NCBI GenBank assembly: GCA_011390575.1 | Contig: JAABSE010000001.1 | Span: 42,328-106,327 of the forward strand | Reading direction: 5' to 3' | DNA length: 64,000 nt | Source: Sphingobacteriia bacterium | GTDB taxonomy: Bacteria; Bacteroidota; Bacteroidia; Bacteroidales; UBA7960 | Shown: piece after piece, positions 21,982 through 29,739 of the stretch | Layout of the letters: every line of letters starts with the position of its first letter | Numbering within the stretch: the first letter of the stretch is position 1 | Made by a program: the position numbers and the translations under genes | The notes under the pieces: model-generated | What the model saw: the letters and a program-made list of their open reading frames with translations, nothing else | Told to the model about the DNA's origin: nothing | Databases searched by the model: none

Positions 21982-22404
21982 ATGAAAGACCTTTTCAGAA
22001 ACCACGGAATACAAACAAGAGGAATCTTGTCATTCACCCCACGCGAAACCCATGAACTGGTGAACCAGGGAGTTTTCCTGATAGATTTGCGCAACACTGA
22101 TTTTTCCGATTATAAGGCCTTTGATGTGCCCAATGTTCTTAACTTTCCCATGGAAGGATTTGAACAGCATTTTGAAGAACTGGATAAGGAAGGCCATTAT
22201 ATCCTGGCCGATTCTTCCGGATTGAAAAGTCGCGACTATGTTCAGAAAATGGTAGACAAAGGGTTTATGCACGCTGGGAGTATGAGTGGCGGTTTTGTGG
22301 AATGGGAAAGGGATGGATTGCCTGTAAAAGTGGATGTGAATGAAAGACTCACGGGTGCTTGTGCCTGCCAGTTGAAACCCAGGGAGCGGGGGAAAAGCGA
22401 ATAG
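21982..22404 (+). CDS. Rhodanese-like protein, apparently lacking the catalytic Cys
   Basis: LIDLR, ILADSSGLKS (Asp at the Cys position), MSGGFVEW; C-terminal GACAC. Confidence 0.75.
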   Translation: MKDLFRNHGIQTRGILSFTPRETHELVNQGVFLIDLRNTDFSDYKAFDVPNVLNFPMEGFEQHFEELDKEGHYILADSSGLKSRDYVQKMVDKGFMHAGSMSGGFVEWERDGLPVKVDVNERLTGACACQLKPRERGKSE

Positions 22405-22618
22405 GGAATGTAAAATTGCAGTCAGATACCCGGATAACTACTTCAGTTTTTTGGAAAGATGGTTTTATCTGAACACCTAATGGGCTGACAGACAGATAAT
22501 AAGTAGTTTCCTTAAAATAAAATTACCGAAATTTTGCTTTTTTACAACAAAAAGTCATAACTTTCCAAGCATTTATGTCGAAACCCGTAAGGCATAAGTT
22601 TTAAAAATCAGTTGATTC

Positions 22619-23203
22619 ATGCAATCTAGTCCCGAAGTAAAAGTGAAGCTTTACATCAAGTATATGGTTAGCCTTCGGTGCAAGCTGTTGGTGGAGGAAG
22701 AACTCAGGAGATCAGGAATCAGGAATTCGCTGATCGATCTGGGAGTGGTAACATTGCAGGAAGAAATAACTCCGGAACAGCACGAACAACTCAAGACAAA
22801 TCTTTTAAAGTCGGGACTGGAACTGCTTGATGATAAAAAAAGCATTCTGATTGAAAGAATAAAGAATGTGGTCATTGAAATGATTCATTATTCTGAGGAA
22901 CTCCCCAAAGTAAATTACTCAGACTACATCAGCGAAAAACTAGGATACGATTATACCTACCTTTCGAATATATTTTCTGAGGAAAAAGGCATTACCATTC
23001 AGCAGTATATCATCAACAATAAAATTGAAAGAGTAAAGGAACTTTTGTTGTATGACGAGCTTAACCTTACCGAAATTTCTTACCGGCTTCATTATAGCAG
23101 TGTTGCCCATCTCTCCAATCAATTCAAGAAAATTACAGGGATATCTCCTTCCTATTTCAAGAAATTGAAGCTGAAGCGCAGGGGAAATCTTGAAAACCTG
23201 TGA
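22619..23203 (+). CDS. Short AraC-family transcriptional regulator with small N-terminal domain
   Basis: YTYLSNIFS, KIERVKELL, LTEISYRLHYSSVAHLSNQFKKITGISPS double HTH. Confidence 0.92.
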   Translation: MQSSPEVKVKLYIKYMVSLRCKLLVEEELRRSGIRNSLIDLGVVTLQEEITPEQHEQLKTNLLKSGLELLDDKKSILIERIKNVVIEMIHYSEELPKVNYSDYISEKLGYDYTYLSNIFSEEKGITIQQYIINNKIERVKELLLYDELNLTEISYRLHYSSVAHLSNQFKKITGISPSYFKKLKLKRRGNLENL

Positions 23204-23263
23204 TTTATGTAAGACTTTACATTCAGGGTGTAACACAAAAACTTCAGGTGAATACTAATTTTA
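23198..23263 (+). promoter_or_regulatory. Island promoter module, site 1 (overlaps the AraC stop codon)
   Basis: CTGTGATTTATGTAA; TGTAA at 23208 and 23229; TAATTTTA at 23256. Confidence 0.75.
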
Positions 23264-23325
23264 TAGGGTAAAACTATTTACACCTGATTGCGCCAGATGC
23301 GTGAATCCTGAAAACATTTATCACC

Positions 23326-23733
23326 ATGAAAAGTCTTGTAACCTTGTTTGCTGTAGCAGTCTTGCTATTTGCTTCGAATCCAGCCAACCTGAAGGCAGAA
23401 ACCACGATTGATCCTGCTTCGGCAGAAGCTGCAAAATCTGAACTTTTACTCATTACATCAGCAGAGACCAGCCAGTCTGTACTTTCTATTCCGGAAGGTG
23501 AACTGGCAATGGTAAGTTCTGCTGAAGCAGCTGAAACCGCCCATGCTAATGCACTACTCGATAGATTGAATGAAATAAACGAAATGGATATGTCTTCCAT
23601 GAGTTCATCAGAAAAGAATGATCTGAAGAAAGAGGTTCGTGCGATACAAAAAGAACAAAAACAGTCAGGGGGTATTTATATATCTGTTGGCGCAGCTATT
23701 CTTATTGTATTGCTTCTTATTCTATTGCTTTAA
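23326..23733 (+). CDS. Exported protein with C-terminal hydrophobic anchor
   Basis: Signal peptide, SAE-rich linker, helical segment, GGIYISVGAAILIVLLLILLL end. Confidence 0.8.
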   Translation: MKSLVTLFAVAVLLFASNPANLKAETTIDPASAEAAKSELLLITSAETSQSVLSIPEGELAMVSSAEAAETAHANALLDRLNEINEMDMSSMSSSEKNDLKKEVRAIQKEQKQSGGIYISVGAAILIVLLLILLL

Positions 23734-23743
23734 TCTTTAAAAA

Positions 23744-23959
23744 ATGAAGACAACAGGCATAGTGATACTGGTGATAGGTATCCTTATTACCATCTTTACC
23801 GGATTTCAGTTTGTTACCCGGGAAAAAGTAGTGGATATTGGCGAAATACAGATCTCCCGCGACAAAGAACATAGTCTTGCCTGGTCTCCGTTTATCGGGG
23901 TTGCAGTGATGGCATTGGGCGGAGGTATTCTCTTGTTTGGGGCAAAGAAAAAGCCCTGA
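23744..23959 (+). CDS. Small two-TM membrane protein
   Basis: TREKVVDIGEIQIS loop between two hydrophobic helices. Confidence 0.8.
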   Translation: MKTTGIVILVIGILITIFTGFQFVTREKVVDIGEIQISRDKEHSLAWSPFIGVAVMALGGGILLFGAKKKP

Positions 23960-24100
23960 GAATGATTTATACAAATCAACTACTATCTGGTAAAAACAGT
24001 TCCTTCTCAGCTTAACTATTATGGCTGCACTGCAGCTTTTTATTGCATAAACTAAGTTATTGACAAAACGTATTTATTTAACAATTTAAAAATTAAAATC

Positions 24101-24253
24101 ATGGGAAATTTACTTTATATCATTGCCGTAATATTGCTAATTGCTTGGGCCATTGGATTTATAGGCTATAGCGCAGGTGGGATTATACATATTCTGTTGG
24201 TTATTGCAGTTATTGCTGTAATTTTCAGACTCATTTCCGGACGGAAAGTCTAA
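24101..24253 (+). CDS. lmo0937-like small membrane protein (missed by ORF track)
   Basis: MGNLLYIIAVILLIAWAIGFIGYSAGGIIHILLVIAVIAVIFRLISGRKV*. Confidence 0.88.
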   Translation: MGNLLYIIAVILLIAWAIGFIGYSAGGIIHILLVIAVIAVIFRLISGRKV

Positions 24254-24268
24254 CACTTGTAATTTATG

Positions 24269-24396
24269 AGTCCACTCAATAAAAACAATTACCCAGGAAT
24301 GGCAGTAGTTTACGCGAGCTCAATTGTCATATAACCAGTTATTTAAGAGTTGTAAAATTAACTTGAATTCCCGAAAATTCGTTTTGGGAGTGGACT
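24269..24396. repeat. MITE-like element with imperfect terminal inverted repeats
   Basis: AGTCCACTCAATAAAAACAATT...AATTCGTTTTGGGAGTGGACT. Confidence 0.45.
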
Positions 24397-24521
24397 AAGT
24401 TATTGATTGGAATTACCTTCCATCAAAAAATTATACATAACGGGCATGATCCGTTAAACCCAATCATGGATAAAACTCATTATGCGGGTTTTTTCCTTTC
24501 TTAAATTAAATTTATCTATAA

Positions 24522-24800
24522 ATGAAAACAGGAAAAGGATTATTAGGCGTACTGATAGGTGCCACTGCCGGAGCATTGTTGGGCATGCTGTTCGCTCCTC
24601 AAAAAGGTGCCGATGCCCGCAGAAAAATTGAACAAATGAGCAAGGAATACTCAGATACCATCAAAGTGAAATACGACAAAACCCTTGACGATATAACGGA
24701 AAAATTCAGAATGACAAAAGACAAGGTTTCTGATCTTGCCCGTCATGTCAAAACCAGAGAAGAAAAATTAAAAAAAGGCAACGGGGTCAATATTGGTTAA
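24522..24800 (+). CDS. YtxH-domain protein
   Basis: LLGVLIGATAGALLGMLFAPQKGADARRKI. Confidence 0.88.
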   Translation: MKTGKGLLGVLIGATAGALLGMLFAPQKGADARRKIEQMSKEYSDTIKVKYDKTLDDITEKFRMTKDKVSDLARHVKTREEKLKKGNGVNIG

Positions 24801-24803
24801 GTT

Positions 24804-25145
24804 ATGGAAGACAATGTGAATATGTTTGAGGCGCTTTATGAAAAAGCGGTCGATTATGGCAAAACAAGCTTTGAGTTGAATAAACTCAAAGCAATTGAGA
24901 AAACAGCTGATCTCATTTCCTCATTCATACCTCATTTTGTTGTCTTTGTCCTGGTTTCTTTTTTTGTGCTTTCGTTCAATTTTGGTTTAGCATTTTGGAT
25001 AGGCGATGCTTTGGGTAAATTGGCTTACGGATTTTTCATTGTGGCCGGATTTTATTGTATTGCCGGAGCGATTACCCATTTCTTTTTTCACGAAAAGATA
25101 AAAAGGTTGTTTGGTAATTATGTTCTTGAATTATTATTTAAATAA
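24804..25145 (+). CDS. Holin-like/YqjE-like membrane protein
   Basis: ELNKLKAIEK helix followed by two TM segments; follows YtxH gene. Confidence 0.7.
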   Translation: MEDNVNMFEALYEKAVDYGKTSFELNKLKAIEKTADLISSFIPHFVVFVLVSFFVLSFNFGLAFWIGDALGKLAYGFFIVAGFYCIAGAITHFFFHEKIKRLFGNYVLELLFK

Positions 25146-25151
25146 TTACAA

Positions 25152-25550
25152 ATGGACAAAATAACTTCTATTTCCGAATTGAGGAATGCTATTGTGAAAT
25201 TAGAAACTGAACAGGAGGTCAGGGGGCAGTTGTTGCGACAACAATTTCAGTCGACCCTGGAGGGCTTGAAACCGGTTAATATATTAAAATCTGCCGTACA
25301 TGATATTTCGTTGACACCCCATCTGACTTCAAAACTTGCAGGAATGTCTGCCGGGCTGGGCCTGGGATATCTTACCCGAAAATTGGTAATTGGCGCATCA
25401 GGAAGCATTTATGTAAAAGTTTTGGGTTCTGTTGTTCAATTGGGTGTTACAAACCTTATTGCCCGACATTCGGCCAAAATAAAATCAATCACCCGGTTTG
25501 TCAAAAAATCGCTTTTGGGTAGAAGAATACCACACCCAGATGAGCAGTGA
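25152..25550 (+). CDS. Hypothetical protein (third gene of the YtxH triad)
   Basis: Tightly spaced ORF; helical N-terminus and GLGLGYL segment. Confidence 0.75.
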   Translation: MDKITSISELRNAIVKLETEQEVRGQLLRQQFQSTLEGLKPVNILKSAVHDISLTPHLTSKLAGMSAGLGLGYLTRKLVIGASGSIYVKVLGSVVQLGVTNLIARHSAKIKSITRFVKKSLLGRRIPHPDEQ

Positions 25551-25653
25551 GAGGTTTGGCCATACATAACTATTATTAATCGAATAGCCGGGATACACAG
25601 TTTACGAATAGGCTTGTATTCCGGTTTTTTACAACAAAAAAACAGTCTTTACG

Positions 25654-26766
25654 GTGAATATTTCTTTTCAAAAAACGTTTTTTGCCATAGCAACTACTTT
25701 TGCCTTGTTTGCAATATTTGTGGTGGCCAGGCCTATTCTTATCCCCATCAGTTTTGCCCTGCTCATCTCATTTATTCTTCTGCCCCTGGCCAACAGGTTC
25801 GAGAAATGGGGCATAAACCGCATGGCAGCTGCCTTGTTTGCTATTCTGGCAACCATATTATTACTGAGTGGAGGCATCTATCTTTTTTCGACCCAGATTG
25901 TTTCTATTGCCGGCGAATTTTCACATTTTCAGGAAAAAATAATAAATGTATTTGCCGAAGCCACCGCCTGGCTCAACAGCAACATTGGTGTGGTTCCTGA
26001 TCTGGGGAAAGATGAGCTGATGGATCAGCTTAAGAGTTGGCTGAGCAAATCTTCGGGCTCACTTGTTCAGCAAACCTTCAGTGGTTCCGCAGGCTTTGTG
26101 GCCGGATTGATTGCCACGATTATTTTTACTTTTTTGTTTTTGATTTATCGGAAAGGTTTTAAGCAGGCCGTTATTCTGTATTTTCCTGAAGAAAAAAGAG
26201 AAAGAGCCTTTAAAATGCTCAAATCCATTCAGATGGTAGGGCAGAAGTACCTTGTAGGTGTTATCCTGATTGTGATTATCATTGGTTTGATAAACAGTTT
26301 TGCATTATTGATCATCGGAATCGACTACCCCTTTTTATTCGGATTTCTGGCCGCAGTCCTGGCCATCATACCTTATGTAGGTACTACCCTCGGTTCCACC
26401 ATTGTGGTATTGTATGCTTTTATGTCGTATGACTCCCTCTGGATTCCTATTGCGGTGGTCATCACCTTTTGGATTATCCAGGTGGTGGAAAGCAATTTTC
26501 TGAGTCCGAAAATTGTGGGCGGAACTCTGAAAGTTAACGCCCTGGCAGCCATCATAAGTATCATTGTTGGGGCAACAGTATGGGGGATTGCCGGAATGAT
26601 TTTATTTCTTCCCATTACAGCCATGCTGAAAGTAGTTTGTCAGGAATATGAAGAATTGAAACCCATTGCATTGTTTATAGGAGAACAGAATGTTAAAGAG
26701 AAAAAACTGGATACAGAAATTCTGGACAAATTGAAAGGGAAAATTAAAAAAATTGCTTCAAAATAA
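25654..26766 (+). CDS. AI-2E/PerM family transporter
   Basis: IPYVGT, ESNFLSPKIVG, WGIAGMILFLP; GTG start. Confidence 0.9.
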   Translation: MNISFQKTFFAIATTFALFAIFVVARPILIPISFALLISFILLPLANRFEKWGINRMAAALFAILATILLLSGGIYLFSTQIVSIAGEFSHFQEKIINVFAEATAWLNSNIGVVPDLGKDELMDQLKSWLSKSSGSLVQQTFSGSAGFVAGLIATIIFTFLFLIYRKGFKQAVILYFPEEKRERAFKMLKSIQMVGQKYLVGVILIVIIIGLINSFALLIIGIDYPFLFGFLAAVLAIIPYVGTTLGSTIVVLYAFMSYDSLWIPIAVVITFWIIQVVESNFLSPKIVGGTLKVNALAAIISIIVGATVWGIAGMILFLPITAMLKVVCQEYEELKPIALFIGEQNVKEKKLDTEILDKLKGKIKKIASK

Positions 26767-26789
26767 ATTTTAAAACCCCGGATCATACT

Positions 26790-28511
26790 ATGTCACTATA
26801 CCCACAATCATCTAAAGAAGAGCTCCGCAAGCAGGCCGAAGAACGTTTGAAAACCATGCGTTCAACCATAGAACACCATTCTTCAGAAACAGATATCCTG
26901 AAGGTAGTTTATGAATTGCAGGTGTACCAGATAGAACTGGAAATGCAAAACGAAGAATTAAAAGCCGCAATGGAAAAGGCAGAGCTTGCAGAAAAGAAAT
27001 ATATTGAATTGTATGAATCAGCGCCCTCAGGTTATCTGACCCTTTCAAAAGAAGGAGATATTCTGGAGTTGAACCGCAGTGCAGCCATAATGCTGGGCAA
27101 GGAACCTTCAAAACTTATAGACAACCGGTTTGCTCTTTTTATTTCGGAAGAAACACGAGGTGTTTTTGTCCATTTTCTGGAATTGGTACTGAAAAACCAT
27201 CAGAAAGAGAACTGTGAAGTGATCCTGAAGACACCAGGCAATGCGCCTGTATATATAAATATTGTTGCCATTACCAGCAAGGATAAAGAGTTCTGTCTGC
27301 TGACCCTTGTAGATATTACCAAAAGTAAAGAAGCAGAGCAATCATTGTTTCAGCTTAAAGTGGCCAATGAATCCATTAAATTCAAACAGAACTTCCTGGC
27401 CAATATCAGCCACGAAATGCGAACACCCCTTACAGGAATCCTGGGAATGATTGATATTCTTGAACATACAGAACTGACCCCAACTCAAAAGGACTATTTC
27501 GATACCTTAAAACACTCCAGTGAAAATCTCAGAGAAATTATCAACCAGGTACTGGATTATTCTAAAATAGAAGCCGGAAAAGTGAAATTGAAACCGACCC
27601 ATTTTTCATTGAAAGAGTTGCTGGCAGAAACGAAGATGTTGTACAAAGGGAGTGTTAAGCCCGGGGTGCAATTCAGCACTGATTCCGACCTTAAAATCCC
27701 GGCTTTAATTCATGCCGACGAAAATCGCATAAAGCAGATCATCAACAATCTTGTCGCCAATGCCCTGAAATTTACCAATAAGGGTTCTGTAGTACTTAGC
27801 AGCCATTTGTTATCGCCCGACCCCCTCAGCAAACAGGCAATTGTTAAAATTGCTGTTACTGATAGTGGAATTGGTATTCCTTTTGAAATGCAGGAAAAGC
27901 TTTTTCGTCCCTTTTCGCAAATTGATGATAAAGACACACGTAAATATGAGGGCACCGGGTTAGGCTTGTCAATATGTAAAGAGCTTGTAATGCTTTTGGG
28001 AGGTAAAATTGGAGTGATAAGCGAATACCGCAAAGGTAGTACCTTTTGGTTTGTGTTTCCGGCAATATTAACAGACGCTAAAGCGAATACAACAAAACCG
28101 GCGGATCCGCATGATCAGGCATCCTCTGATGAAAAAATAAACAATAATCACAGCCTGAATATCCTGTTTGCTGAAGATAAACTGATAAACCAAAAGGTGA
28201 TAAGCCTTATTCTTACCTCTATGGGACATAAGGTTACCCTTGCCAGCAACGGTGAGCAGGCGCTAAGCTTATATAAACCCAGCGAATTTGATCTGATTCT
28301 GATGGATATCCAAATGCCTGTAATGGATGGTATTACTGCAACCAAAAAGCTAAAAGAAAAATACAAACATTTGCCACCCATTGTTGGTCTCAGTGCCAAT
28401 GCCTTTGAAGGAGACCGCGAAAAATACATGGTGCTGGGAATGGATGAATATCTTACCAAACCCTTTGAAAAAGAAGAGTTTGTTGAATTAACGGCTAAGC
28501 TCCTGCACTGA
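26790..28511 (+). CDS. Cytoplasmic hybrid histidine kinase (coiled coil-PAS-HisKA-HATPase-REC)
   Basis: QIELEMQNEEL; SHEMRTPL; NLVANALKFT; GTGLGLSI; LILMDIQMPVMDG. Confidence 0.93.
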   Translation: MSLYPQSSKEELRKQAEERLKTMRSTIEHHSSETDILKVVYELQVYQIELEMQNEELKAAMEKAELAEKKYIELYESAPSGYLTLSKEGDILELNRSAAIMLGKEPSKLIDNRFALFISEETRGVFVHFLELVLKNHQKENCEVILKTPGNAPVYINIVAITSKDKEFCLLTLVDITKSKEAEQSLFQLKVANESIKFKQNFLANISHEMRTPLTGILGMIDILEHTELTPTQKDYFDTLKHSSENLREIINQVLDYSKIEAGKVKLKPTHFSLKELLAETKMLYKGSVKPGVQFSTDSDLKIPALIHADENRIKQIINNLVANALKFTNKGSVVLSSHLLSPDPLSKQAIVKIAVTDSGIGIPFEMQEKLFRPFSQIDDKDTRKYEGTGLGLSICKELVMLLGGKIGVISEYRKGSTFWFVFPAILTDAKANTTKPADPHDQASSDEKINNNHSLNILFAEDKLINQKVISLILTSMGHKVTLASNGEQALSLYKPSEFDLILMDIQMPVMDGITATKKLKEKYKHLPPIVGLSANAFEGDREKYMVLGMDEYLTKPFEKEEFVELTAKLLH

Positions 28512-28595
28512 TCCTCTCTGTAAAACTTTACACCTTTCGGGTAAAGAGTTTTTCTGTGATTTTATTTGCAAAGAATGGTATTGTTGAATCAGTAC

Positions 28596-28661
28596 CTGTG
28601 AATTATGCAATTCTTAATGGCTATTGTATAATAGCTGCGTATTGCAATAGGCTTACCTTTA
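28596..28661 (+). promoter_or_regulatory. Island promoter module, site 2
   Basis: CTGTGAATTATGCAA; TGCAA 28606, TATAA 28627, TACCTTTA 28654. Confidence 0.75.
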
Positions 28662-28692
28662 CCTTGAACAAAACTACAAAACAAAAAACGAA

Positions 28693-29739
28693 ATGATACA
28701 AGTTATAAAGCATGGAGTATTGTTGTCAAAAACCGATCTGGATTTTGAAAACGAAAGTGTGTTGAATCCAGCCGTCATACGTGAGGGTGACAGCGTACAT
28801 ATTTATTACAGAGCTGTAAGCCTGGGAAATCATTCATCACTTGGCTATTGCCGGCTTGATGGCCCCCTGACCCTGGCCGAACGGTGGGATAAGCCTTTTA
28901 TGGTGCCTGAGTTTGATTTTGAATCACAGGGTGTGGAAGATGCCCGGGTCACGAAAATCGATGACGTTTTTTATATGACCTATACCGGGTACGATGGTCT
29001 GAATGCCAGGGGTGCTTTGGCTACATCCAGAGATTTGTTGCATTTCGAAAAGCATGGTTTGCTGGCACCACCGGTTACTTACGCCGAATTTGTATCCATT
29101 GTAGAATCATCCAACAAGGTAAATGAAGAATACTGGCTGAATCAAAAGTTTTATTATCAATCCACTGATATTGAAAAGAAAAAGCTGCTATGGGATAAAA
29201 ACATCATCTTCTTTCCCCGCAGAATCAATAATAAACTTGCATTTTTACATCGGTTAAGGCCAGGTATTCAGCTTGTTTTGGTAAATACAATTGAAGATCT
29301 TACCCGGGAATTCTGGCTGGATTATTTTCATGAACTCCATAAGCATGTTGTTCTTGATCCACACCCACATCATAATCACGAATCGTCCTATATAGGCGGC
29401 GGTTGCCCCCCCATTGAAACGCCTCACGGCTGGTTAATGATCTATCATGGAGTAGAAAAGACCGAACACGGATTTGTATATTCAGCCTGCGCTGCACTGC
29501 TGGATTTAGACAATCCTGCAAAAGTACTGGCGCGATTGCCTTATGCTTTGTTTTCACCGGAGTATGACTGGGAATTAAACGGTGAAGTTAATAATGTAGT
29601 GTTTCCAACCGGCACAGCCTTATTTGGCGACACTCTTTTTATTTATTATGGTGCAGCAGATTCGCACATCGCCATTGCATCGGTGAAACTGACTGAACTG
29701 GTTAATGAACTATTATCATACACGAAAAAAAATGGATAA
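28693..29739 (+). CDS. GH130-family glycosidase/phosphorylase
   Basis: VLNPAV, YYRA, GVEDAR, GGGCPPI, GEVNNVVFP, YYGAAD. Confidence 0.88.
   Translation: MIQVIKHGVLLSKTDLDFENESVLNPAVIREGDSVHIYYRAVSLGNHSSLGYCRLDGPLTLAERWDKPFMVPEFDFESQGVEDARVTKIDDVFYMTYTGYDGLNARGALATSRDLLHFEKHGLLAPPVTYAEFVSIVESSNKVNEEYWLNQKFYYQSTDIEKKKLLWDKNIIFFPRRINNKLAFLHRLRPGIQLVLVNTIEDLTREFWLDYFHELHKHVVLDPHPHHNHESSYIGGGCPPIETPHGWLMIYHGVEKTEHGFVYSACAALLDLDNPAKVLARLPYALFSPEYDWELNGEVNNVVFPTGTALFGDTLFIYYGAADSHIAIASVKLTELVNELLSYTKKNG

Noticed and set aside
23960-24025. Possible ninth promoter module (GAATGATTTATACAA) before the lmo0937-like gene
   Set aside because: Second box and -7-like element fall at +19 and +43 rather than +21 and +48; at best degenerate
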